Positions 41,813 to 50,134 of a stretch of DNA of 64,000 nucleotides are shown here, one piece after another (position 1 is the stretch's first letter; the number at the start of each line of letters is the position of its first letter). Both the position numbers and the translations under genes were made by a program. The notes beneath the pieces were generated by a model, which was not told where the DNA came from, did not search any database, and saw only the letters and a list, made by a program, of their open reading frames with translations. The stretch lies in contig OZ242372.1 of the NCBI GenBank assembly GCA_965209035.1, forward strand, positions 1,312,001 to 1,376,000. The letters are read 5' to 3'. The stretch is from Gammaproteobacteria bacterium (GTDB lineage: Bacteria; Pseudomonadota; Gammaproteobacteria; CBDBNL01; JAAOII01).

Positions 41813-42138
41813 TCAGACCTCGCACATGGAGAAATCGCTCTTACCGGCTTCGCAATCCGGGCCTACCCAATCTTCGGGGGCGTCTTCCCGGCAAATGCCG
41901 GCGGCCTCCCGGCAAGTGCCGGCGGCAATGTTATCTTCCGACCTTCCTTCTTGCCTGTTTTGGTTAGTCTATGGCTCAGACCTCGCACATAGAGAAATCG
42001 CTCTTGCCGGCTCCGCAATCCGGGCCCACCCAATCTTCGGGGGCGTCTTTCCGGCAAGTGCCGGCGGCCCCCCGGCAAGTGCCGGCTGCAATGTTATCTT
42101 CCGGCCTTCCTTCTTGCCTGTTTCGGTTAGTCTATGGC
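41813..42138 (-). repeat. Two 163-bp tandem echoes of the rubredoxin 3' end
   Basis: Stops at 41813 and 41976 versus the true stop at 42139. Confidence 0.92.
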
Positions 42139-42330
42139 TCAGACCTCGCACATAGAGAAATCGCTCTTGCCGGCTCCGCAATCCGGGCACACCCAATCCT
42201 CGGGAACATCTTCCCAGCGAGTGCCGGCGGCAATGTTGTCTTCCGGCCAGCCTTCGGCCTCGTCATAAATGAAACCGCAAATGAGGCACTGCCATGTCTT
42301 ATATGTCTTATAATCAGTTTGTTGGTTCAT
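42139..42330 (-). CDS. Rubredoxin
   Basis: [13 protein letters not shown]...[10 protein letters not shown]. Confidence 0.95.
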   Translation of the reverse strand: MNQQTDYKTYKTWQCLICGFIYDEAEGWPEDNIAAGTRWEDVPEDWVCPDCGAGKSDFSMCEV

Positions 42331-42367
42331 AATTTTTTTACATACATATTTTCTTGATTATTTATTA

Positions 42368-43021
42368 ATGATTAATCACAATTATACGGATTTGCAAACC
42401 CGCTATATTCCTCGTTCCGGGATCATTATTCTGGATAACTACGATTCATTCACCTACAACCTGGTGCAGTACCTTGGCGAACTTGGACAGGATGTTCGGG
42501 TGTATCGCAATGACGAGATTACAACCCAAGAAGTGGGCGCGCTGCGACCGGCGGCGGTTGTCATTTCACCCGGCCCCGGCACTCCCGACCAGGCCGGGAT
42601 TTCCCCGCAGGTTTGTCGTTTGGCGGAAACGGGCTGCCCGGTGCTGGGTGTCTGCCTCGGCATGCAGTCCATGGCACAGGAATACGGCGGCAAGGTCATC
42701 CGGGCGGGAAGGATCATGCACGGCAAGGTCTCCTCGGTGCATCATCGCGAGGATCCTCCGTTGTTTGTCGGCCTGCCCAATCCCTTCCCGGCGGCCAGAT
42801 ACCATTCTTTAATCGTGCAAGAAGAGGGACTGCCGGACTGCTTTGAAATTCAGGCACGCAGCGAAGACCCGGCACAGGGCGATATCATGGCAATTCGTCA
42901 CAAGAGTCTGCCACTGATGGGTATTCAATTTCATCCCGAATCCGTCCTGACCGAATGTGGTAAAATGCTTCTTAAGAATTTTGTCGGCTCTCTTGAGGGC
43001 GCCGACACGATCAAACATTAA
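42368..43021 (+). CDS. trpG: Glutamine amidotransferase, anthranilate/aminodeoxychorismate synthase component II (TrpG/PabA)
   Basis: DNYDSFTYNL, SPGPG, GVCLG, RYHSL and QFHPES motifs. Confidence 0.88.
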   Translation: MINHNYTDLQTRYIPRSGIIILDNYDSFTYNLVQYLGELGQDVRVYRNDEITTQEVGALRPAAVVISPGPGTPDQAGISPQVCRLAETGCPVLGVCLGMQSMAQEYGGKVIRAGRIMHGKVSSVHHREDPPLFVGLPNPFPAARYHSLIVQEEGLPDCFEIQARSEDPAQGDIMAIRHKSLPLMGIQFHPESVLTECGKMLLKNFVGSLEGADTIKH

Positions 43022-43052
43022 AAAACAAAAAAAATAAAACATTAAAAATATC

Positions 43053-43556
43053 ATGACAACAGTAACTATAAAAGGAAATCCGGTGAGCATACTTGCCGAT
43101 CCGCCGGCACCCGGGCAAAAACTGCCCGACTTCCGTTTGGTAAACAAGGACCTGGGCGAAGTCACAACCGATGACTACGCAAACAAAATCCTGCTGCTTA
43201 ACATCTTTCCCAGCCTGGACACAGGCACCTGCGCCGCTTCGGTGCGAAGGTTTAACCAAGAAGCCGCCGAGCATCCGAATGTGGCAATTCTTTGTATCTC
43301 GGCGGACCTGCCGTTTGCCCAGGCGCGCTTTTGTGCCGCCGAAGGCATCGACAAAACGCAAACCCTGTCCGCTTATAGGTCCTCGTTCGGCAAGGACTTC
43401 GGTGTGGAAATGACAGACGGCCCGCTCAGACAACTCTTGGCAAGAGCGGTCGTGATTGCCGATGCATCGCGTCGCGTCCTATACAGCCAACTGGTGCCGG
43501 AAGTGACCGAAGAACCCGATTACGCCGCCGCCCTCAAGGCTCTGAACACGGATTAG
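43053..43556 (+). CDS. tpx: Thiol peroxidase
   Basis: FPSLDTGTC, SADLPFAQARFC and EPDY motifs. Confidence 0.95.
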   Translation: MTTVTIKGNPVSILADPPAPGQKLPDFRLVNKDLGEVTTDDYANKILLLNIFPSLDTGTCAASVRRFNQEAAEHPNVAILCISADLPFAQARFCAAEGIDKTQTLSAYRSSFGKDFGVEMTDGPLRQLLARAVVIADASRRVLYSQLVPEVTEEPDYAAALKALNTD

Positions 43557-43751
43557 TCTTCTCGCCCGGGAAATACTCAGGTGCCTCGCTCAGCCCGGGC
43601 GGGTATTGGGATGTGTCGGGACTTAGTTGGCCCGCTCGAGAATCACTTCGGTGATCGGGTGCCTCGCTAAGTCCGGACGGGTGTTGGGTGGGCATTAAAG
43701 TCTATCGGGGAGGGCTGTCGGGGTGGGCTGTCGGGGCTAAAAGTCCCGGTT

Positions 43752-44900
43752 CTAGCCCGAGTAGTTTCGGCGAAGTCGGCCGGTTAAACCCGCAAAGAGA
43801 TCATAGGGAGAGCGGCCGACCGCCGCCGCCACCTTCTCCGCGGGAAGCCCCTCACCCCAAAAGATGACCCTGTCGCCGACCCTTGCCGGGGCACCCGCCT
43901 CGGCCGGTCCCAGGTCTATACTCACCAGATCCATTGAAACTCTTCCCGCCAGGTAGCACATCCGGCCATTGACAAGAACCGGCACACGCGCCGCGGTTGC
44001 ACCCTGCGTGCGCGGATAACCGTCGCCGTATCCCAGCGAAACCAAACCCACATAGCGATCGCCCGGCGCCGTCCATGCTTCGTCATAGCCCACCTTGTCT
44101 CCTCGCCGCACCCGACGGACAGAGATGAGTTCGCCGGCGAGAGTCATTGCGGGTTTGAGTTTCAGTGACGCGGCCGAAACATCGTCCAAAGGCGATGCCC
44201 CGTAAAGCATCAGACCGGGTCGGTTGAAGTCCGCCCGACTTTCGGGCAACGCCAAAAGGGCGGCGGAATTCGCCAGGCTTTTCGCCGGACTTTTTGGCAG
44301 CTGCAAGCCGGCGACGGCCGCATCAAACCTTGCCAGCTGCCTGTGCGCCGAATGCTTGTCCCGGCGATTGGCGGCGGCAAAGTGCGTCATCATCGCCAAA
44401 ACCCGAATGCCCGGTTTGTTTAAGACAGACGGAACTTCCGCAGGGTCCGCGCCCATTCTGTTCATCCCGGTATTTATTTTTAGCCAGACACGCAGCGGCC
44501 CCGCCGGGTCATTTGCAAACTCGGCCGCATAGTCGGCCTGCCCGACCCGGTGGATCACGCAAGTCAGGTTAAATTGCCGCGCCGCTTCGGCTTCCTCCCG
44601 GTCCGCCGGACCCTGCAAGACCAAAATGTCCTTGCCCGTTTCCTTGCCCGTTTCGAGATCCGTTTCGATGCCCGTTTTAAGGTCCGTTTCAAGTTCTTGT
44701 CTTAGGGTGACCGCCTCTTCCGTCAGAGCCACCGCATAGCCGTCGGCTGCCGCCAGGGCGCGTGCGGCTTCTGTCAGTCCGTGACCGTAAGCGTTGCTTT
44801 TGATCACCGCAAAGATTTTGCCATGGCCGCTCAGCTTGCGCGCCACACCCAAGTTGTGTGCCAGAGCGTCCCTGCTAACGGTAATCTGTGTTTTGCGCAT
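43752..44900 (-). CDS. alr: Alanine racemase
   Basis: AVIKSNAYGHG, NTGMNRMG, GYGDGY and GRVSMD motifs; follows dnaB. Confidence 0.95.
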   Translation of the reverse strand: MRKTQITVSRDALAHNLGVARKLSGHGKIFAVIKSNAYGHGLTEAARALAAADGYAVALTEEAVTLRQELETDLKTGIETDLETGKETGKDILVLQGPADREEAEAARQFNLTCVIHRVGQADYAAEFANDPAGPLRVWLKINTGMNRMGADPAEVPSVLNKPGIRVLAMMTHFAAANRRDKHSAHRQLARFDAAVAGLQLPKSPAKSLANSAALLALPESRADFNRPGLMLYGASPLDDVSAASLKLKPAMTLAGELISVRRVRRGDKVGYDEAWTAPGDRYVGLVSLGYGDGYPRTQGATAARVPVLVNGRMCYLAGRVSMDLVSIDLGPAEAGAPARVGDRVIFWGEGLPAEKVAAAVGRSPYDLFAGLTGRLRRNYSG

Positions 44901-44963
44901 AGGGCTTTTATTGGTTACCGAAGTTACCGATTGCCGCCGCACCGGACGGTGCGGCACCGGATC

Positions 44964-46400
44964 TTAAATGTCCGAGTATTCCGCTTTCTCGGTTTCCAGA
45001 TTGAAAAAATTGGTATACTTTCCGTTGAAGGTAAGTCGCACCATACCGGTGGGGCCGTTGCGCTGCTTGCCGACAATGATCTCGGCGATGCCTCTGTCCT
45101 CGGAGTTTTCGTTGTATACTTCGTCGCGGTAAATGAACAAAATCAAATCCGCATCCTGCTCGATGGCGCCGGACTCTCGCAGATCCGACATCACCGGCCT
45201 CCTGTTTTGTCTGTTTTCCACGCCGCGATTTAACTGCGACAATGCAATTAACGGCAGATTAAAATCCTTCGCCACTCCTTTAAGTGAGCGGGAAATTTCG
45301 GACATCTCCGTGGTTCTGTTCTCGTTGGTCTGGCTCAGATACATCAGTTGCAGATAATCCACCATGATGATGCCGGGCTCAATACTGCCGGGTAAATTGC
45401 GGATCACTCTGCGGGTGCGCGAGCGAATTTCCATTGGCGTCATGTTCGCCGAATCGTCAATGTAAATCGGCGCATCCTCCAGCATATCCGCGGCCTGGCG
45501 AATTTTGTTCCAATCGTTATCGTTCACTTTGCCGCTGCGTAGCTTGCCAAGTTCCACATTGCCGAGCATCGAAATCAAACGCACTGTTAACATCACGGCG
45601 GGCATTTCCATACTGAAAATGATACTCGCTTTCGGGTTATCCACATTCACGGAGGTATGGGCGGCGATGCTTAACGCCAAAGAGGTTTTGCCCATACTCG
45701 GCCGCCCGGCAACAATCACCAGGTCCGCCGCTTGCAGCCCGTCGGTTAATCCGTCCAGCAACTTAAATCCCGTGGAAATACCCGGCAACTCGTCCGGGTG
45801 CTCGGAGCGATATTCTATTTGACCCAACGCCTCTTCCAAATATTTGGAGATGCGATGCGAATAATGCAAACCCGTTTCCTGGTCGCGCAGTTGAAAAATC
45901 TGCTGTTCGGCCTTGTCCAGCAAACTGCGACCGGTTTCCGAATCGCTGCGGGCGCTTCTGCCAATCTTCCCAATTTCCGAGATCAACCGGCGGCGCAGAA
46001 AGCGATCCATCACCTGCGCGGCATATTGGTTAATCTCCATTCCCATCACGGCACCCGCCGACAATTCGGCGATGTAGTCCTTGCCACCGGCATCTTCCAG
46101 GTCGCCGCGCAGTTCCAATTCTTCTATGATGGTCACCTCGTCTGTGCCGACGCGCTTGCCAATCAGCGCGACCACCGCTTCAAAAATAATTTGGTGACGC
46201 GGATTGTAAAAATACTCTTTTTTCAGAGGCGTATCCAGGTTATCCCAACCCTCGTCATCCGAAATCAGTATGCCCAATACCATCTGCTCCGAGAGAACGG
46301 CGTTGGGACCGTCGCCGGACGGCTGTTGTTGCGGCTGTCGCTGTTCCGCCTGCTTCTCTTCCGGCACAGCGGTCTTTTTGGGATCCGATGAAGGTGTCAT
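44964..46400 (-). CDS. dnaB: Replicative DNA helicase
   Basis: GRPSMGKT, DYLQL, LSQLNR and DLRESGAIEQDAD motifs. Confidence 0.97.
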   Translation of the reverse strand: MTPSSDPKKTAVPEEKQAEQRQPQQQPSGDGPNAVLSEQMVLGILISDDEGWDNLDTPLKKEYFYNPRHQIIFEAVVALIGKRVGTDEVTIIEELELRGDLEDAGGKDYIAELSAGAVMGMEINQYAAQVMDRFLRRRLISEIGKIGRSARSDSETGRSLLDKAEQQIFQLRDQETGLHYSHRISKYLEEALGQIEYRSEHPDELPGISTGFKLLDGLTDGLQAADLVIVAGRPSMGKTSLALSIAAHTSVNVDNPKASIIFSMEMPAVMLTVRLISMLGNVELGKLRSGKVNDNDWNKIRQAADMLEDAPIYIDDSANMTPMEIRSRTRRVIRNLPGSIEPGIIMVDYLQLMYLSQTNENRTTEMSEISRSLKGVAKDFNLPLIALSQLNRGVENRQNRRPVMSDLRESGAIEQDADLILFIYRDEVYNENSEDRGIAEIIVGKQRNGPTGMVRLTFNGKYTNFFNLETEKAEYSDI

Positions 46401-46708
46401 CTTTCCAAATCCCAAAACAACAAAATTGCCATTGCCTCTTTTATCGCAGTCATCGCAGTGATTGAAGTGATGGCGATTATTATTAAGGAGGCTATTAAGG
46501 TCATTGAGGTTCGGCTTTCCGCCCCGCCGGATGCAAGGCGCGCATTAAGGCGCGAATTAAGACGCGAATTAAGACACGAATCAATGCCGAGGCAAATACA
46601 AGAATCAAAGCCCGCGCCCCCAAAGCCCGCGCCCCAAAAGTTCCTTTCAATTCGTTCCTTTTTCATAGAGTTTTTTATTAGTGCTTTTTTGTTATCATGA
46701 TCATTCAT
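46397..46708 (-). CDS. Possible small membrane protein coupled to dnaB
   Basis: Its TGA overlaps the dnaB ATG; hydrophobic C-terminus; low-complexity sequence. Confidence 0.3.
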   Translation of the reverse strand: MNDHDNKKALIKNSMKKERIERNFWGAGFGGAGFDSCICLGIDSCLNSRLNSRLNARLASGGAESRTSMTLIASLIIIAITSITAMTAIKEAMAILLFWDLER

Positions 46709-46815
46709 TCGACCTCACACCACAAAACAAGCACAAAAAATTATAGCATAGTTTCGCATCATTCGCCGGGCGTGCATATCATCTCGCCCGATTTTGGGCT
46801 ATTTTATTTTTGTGT

Positions 46816-47102
46816 GTTGCCGCCCGAAGCAAATTAAACCGATGCGAGTTGCCGGCGTGAGTGGTTGCCGCCCGAAGCGAACTAATCCGGCACGAGTTGC
46901 CGGCGCGAGTGGTTGCCGCCCGAAGCGAACTAATCCGGCACGAGTTGCCGGCGCGAGTGGTTGCCGCCCGAAGCAAATTAAACCGATACGAGTTGCCGGC
47001 GTGAGTGGTTGCGCCCGAAGCGAACTAATCCGGCACGAGTTGCCGGCGCGAGTGGTTGCCGCCCGAAGCAAATTAAACCGATGCGAGTTGCCGGCGTGAG
47101 TG
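46816..47102. repeat. Six tandem 48-bp units of two sequence types (A,B,B,A,B,A)
   Basis: gttgccgcccgaagc[aaattaaaccgatgc|gaactaatccggcac]gagttgccggcg(t/c)gagtg; fifth unit is 47 bp. Confidence 0.95.
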
Positions 47103-47404
47103 GTTATCGGCATGCATAACGGGGATGCCGGACAGTTTGATGGGTTTGACACATCCCGCACGAATTGCGAATTAAGGTTCGACGCATTCCACGCGAACCG
47201 ATGATCTTGCCCGGGCGAGCGAGTGGAGGGCGGACGGTTGGGCAGGCGAGTGGACAGACGGGCGGGCGGGTGGACAGGGATGATGTCGGTGATTGTAACG
47301 GAACTCCGTTTGGTCGTTAGGTTGCCGAAGCAGCGGACAGGCGGACGCAGAGTGTTGTTTTTATTGCGGCTTCCTAAAACAACAGCGGCGGGAAGCCCGC
47401 CATA

Positions 47405-48760
47405 TTAACAAATAAAGTGATTCTTCCGCCGCGTGATGTTGTTACGCATTCGCTCCAATTCTTTTTTTGAGTTGGCGACACAGGTGATATGCCCGACCTT
47501 GCGCCCCGGCCGCGTCTCCTTGTCGTAGATGTGTGCCTTTCCTTCCTCCGGCTGTTCCGGCGGTTGCACGCCGACAAAGTTTAACATCATCGCCATCACT
47601 TCGGCGCGCTTCCCCATGCGCTCCTGTTCGCGCATAGCCGTCTGCCCGAGTGGCATCCCGCAGATTGCCCGCAGATGATTGGCAAACTGAGAGGTGACTG
47701 CCCCTTCAATTGTCCAGTGTCCCGAGTTATGGACCCTGGGGGCAAACTCATTGGCAAAAAATAGTTCTTTTTCCCCGGATCCGGATGTCCGTGTCTTGGG
47801 CTCAAAGCCATCAAACACCTCCAACGCGAGAACACCGATATAGTTCAGATTTTCCATCATGGTCGCCGTCCATTGTTGCAGTTGGTCGCGGCGATCTTTG
47901 GCGAGATCCGCCGGAGCCGCGCTGCAATACAGAATGCCGTTGCGATGTTCGTTCTCTGTCGGCGGATAGTGTTTGATCCGCCCGTTTTTGTCACGCACAC
48001 TGATCTGCGAAATCTCACGCCGAAATCGGATCCACTCCTCGGCGATGTACGGGGCATCAATGGGCGGAGTCACTATGGGCGGAGTATCGGGGGACGAAGT
48101 ATCAATGAGCGAAGACTCGTTTTTTGAATCCTTGTGCGTGTCAGTTTCTACCGAAGCATCCGCATCGGCAGAGAAGGGCGACGCGGGAGAGGATGCAGCC
48201 GGCACGGGAGAGGATGCAGCCGGCACAGGGGAGGGTGTTGACGGCACGGAAGAGGATGCTGCCGCCGAAAACAGAGAAGCACTCGCCCGTTCCAAGTCCT
48301 CCGAACCGGTAATGCGGATCTGTCCCTTGCCGTCATAACCCAGCCGGGTGGTCTTAACCAAAAACGGAAACCCCAGTTGCTCTTTTGCTTGCCGCAGATC
48401 CTGCGGCGACGCCACGGTAAACCAATGAGCCGTCCGCATTCCCAGCCGCTTAAAAAGACGCTTCTCCGCAAGGCGGTTCGAAGATATTTTGAGAGCCTGC
48501 AACGAAGGAAAGAGTTTGTCTTCTTTGTCCAATCGCTCGGCAAGAGTCAGGCTGGCATTTTCAAACTCATAAGTATATATATCCGCCGCCTTTGCAAACG
48601 CATCCGCGTCCGTGTAAATCTTGCCGAAACGGCCGGCACAGGCATTCGGGTTCTTGTCGTAAAACACAAACTCCAAGCCCAACGGAATTCCCGCCTCTGC
48701 CAGCATCCGCCCCAACTGGCCGCCTCCCAAAATTCCGATTTTCAAATGCGTCTCTGCCAT
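47405..48760 (-). CDS. purK: N5-carboxyaminoimidazole ribonucleotide synthase with low-complexity insertion
   Basis: GGGQLGRML, YEFEN, GYDGKGQ, APRVHNSGHWT and RKVGH motifs. Confidence 0.93.
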   Translation of the reverse strand: MAETHLKIGILGGGQLGRMLAEAGIPLGLEFVFYDKNPNACAGRFGKIYTDADAFAKAADIYTYEFENASLTLAERLDKEDKLFPSLQALKISSNRLAEKRLFKRLGMRTAHWFTVASPQDLRQAKEQLGFPFLVKTTRLGYDGKGQIRITGSEDLERASASLFSAAASSSVPSTPSPVPAASSPVPAASSPASPFSADADASVETDTHKDSKNESSLIDTSSPDTPPIVTPPIDAPYIAEEWIRFRREISQISVRDKNGRIKHYPPTENEHRNGILYCSAAPADLAKDRRDQLQQWTATMMENLNYIGVLALEVFDGFEPKTRTSGSGEKELFFANEFAPRVHNSGHWTIEGAVTSQFANHLRAICGMPLGQTAMREQERMGKRAEVMAMMLNFVGVQPPEQPEEGKAHIYDKETRPGRKVGHITCVANSKKELERMRNNITRRKNHFIC

Positions 48761-49130
48761 ATCCGCCGTCTCATTCGCCGCTTGTTTTGTGTTGATTCTC
48801 GCGCCGCCTTGTATTTGATTCGCGCCTTATGATTTCTGGTATCGTGTCGCGCGGATGCAATTCCGTCCGCCGCCTGCCATAAAGCCCGGCAAGGACAGTG
48901 ACAGCCTGCGGAACATTCGCCGGAGTTCTCTTGCATAGGAATTCTTTTTCACAGGTCTCGGAAGTTCGCGGCATCACGCCCGAACGGTAATCTCATCTCT
49001 CTCTTATCCCCCCGTTTTGCCCGCCAATCATCTTTAAATAATTGTGGGAGGAGTTGTGGGAATATTCGGGGGAATAGTTGGATCGGGGTTCCGGTTGTCG
49101 GGGGCTTTAGTTTAGATGTTAATTTTGAAG

Positions 49131-49628
49131 TCAATTTTGATGCGGGACCGGCTGCGACAGAACTTTTTCGGTCTGCTCCTTGCGAAACGCGCTCAGTTTC
49201 TTTTGTATTTGCGGATCCTCCAAAGCGAGAATCTGCGCCGCCAACAGGGCCGCATTCACCGCACCGCTTCTGCCGATGGCAAGTGTGCCGACCGGCACCC
49301 CGCGCGGCATCTGCACAATGGAAAGAAGCGAGTCCAAACCGCCCAAAGATTTCGTCTCCACCGGCACACCCAGAACGGGCAGAAGCGTGTATGCGGCAAA
49401 CATTCCCGGCAAATGTGCGGCACCGCCGGCGGCCGCAATCACCACCCGAAAGCCGCGCTTTTCAATATCCCGCGCATAACTTTCCAGCAGGTGCGGTGTG
49501 CGGTGTGCCGAAACTACCCGTTCCTCATAGGGGATTTCCAGGGCATCCAACTTCTCACAACAGGTCTTCATCGTGTTCCAATCGGAATGGGAACCCATGA
49601 TGACCGCAATGCGCGGATTAAACAACAT
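49131..49628 (-). CDS. purE: N5-CAIR mutase
   Basis: MGSHSD, SAHRTP, AAHLPGM and [11 protein letters not shown] motifs. Confidence 0.97.
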   Translation of the reverse strand: MLFNPRIAVIMGSHSDWNTMKTCCEKLDALEIPYEERVVSAHRTPHLLESYARDIEKRGFRVVIAAAGGAAHLPGMFAAYTLLPVLGVPVETKSLGGLDSLLSIVQMPRGVPVGTLAIGRSGAVNAALLAAQILALEDPQIQKKLSAFRKEQTEKVLSQPVPHQN

Positions 49629-49668
49629 ATTGCCATTATAACCGATAGCGGTTTGGTGAAATGACGAT

Positions 49669-49832
49669 TATATGATCCCACCCATTCCCGGACTTTTGTT
49701 GTTTTTACAAAAGCCGGATTCGGCGAGAGTTGTTTGAGAGCATAATGAGGACGCTCGCGATGATACCAAGCCAGCCACGCGATGAGTTTGGCTTGAATGC
49801 CGGCAGATCCTTAAACAAGAGATGCTGCATAG
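49669..49832. mobile_element. Partial copy of the dispersed MITE-like element
   Basis: Aligns to 59155-59320. Confidence 0.7.
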
Positions 49833-49924
49833 GACAACCAAACTATTCCCCCAAGGTATTTATTAAAGAAGCACAATTAAACCGTTCACAGTGTGCATTC
49901 ATTTGCGATTTCTCCAAAAAACAA

Positions 49925-50110
49925 CATAGCATAGGCATACCAGTGTCTGCTGCCGTTTGCGGTCACGACCCGGTGAAAGTCTTTGGCGAACTCACTGCCA
50001 TTGTCGGTGAGGGCTTTTTCGATCCGCACGCCGAGTATGTTTTGCCTGGCGGTAAACAGCCGGGCGGAACGGGCCGCAGCGGCCAAACGAGATCTCAGTC
50101 TGCTTCTTGC
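49925..50110 (-). pseudogene. Transposase (rve core, IS481-like) fragment
   Basis: RIEKALTDNGSEFAKDF...HWYAY. Confidence 0.65.
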
Positions 50111-50134
50111 TTTTGCTTGCCCGCTGCTGAAAGT

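Noticed and set aside
28423-42330. Diversity-generating retroelement template/variable repeat pairs
   Set aside because: No reverse transcriptase in the window; differences are not adenine-specific and include indels
46816-47102. CRISPR array
   Set aside because: Variable segments are about 15 bp, homologous and of only two types; no cas genes in the window
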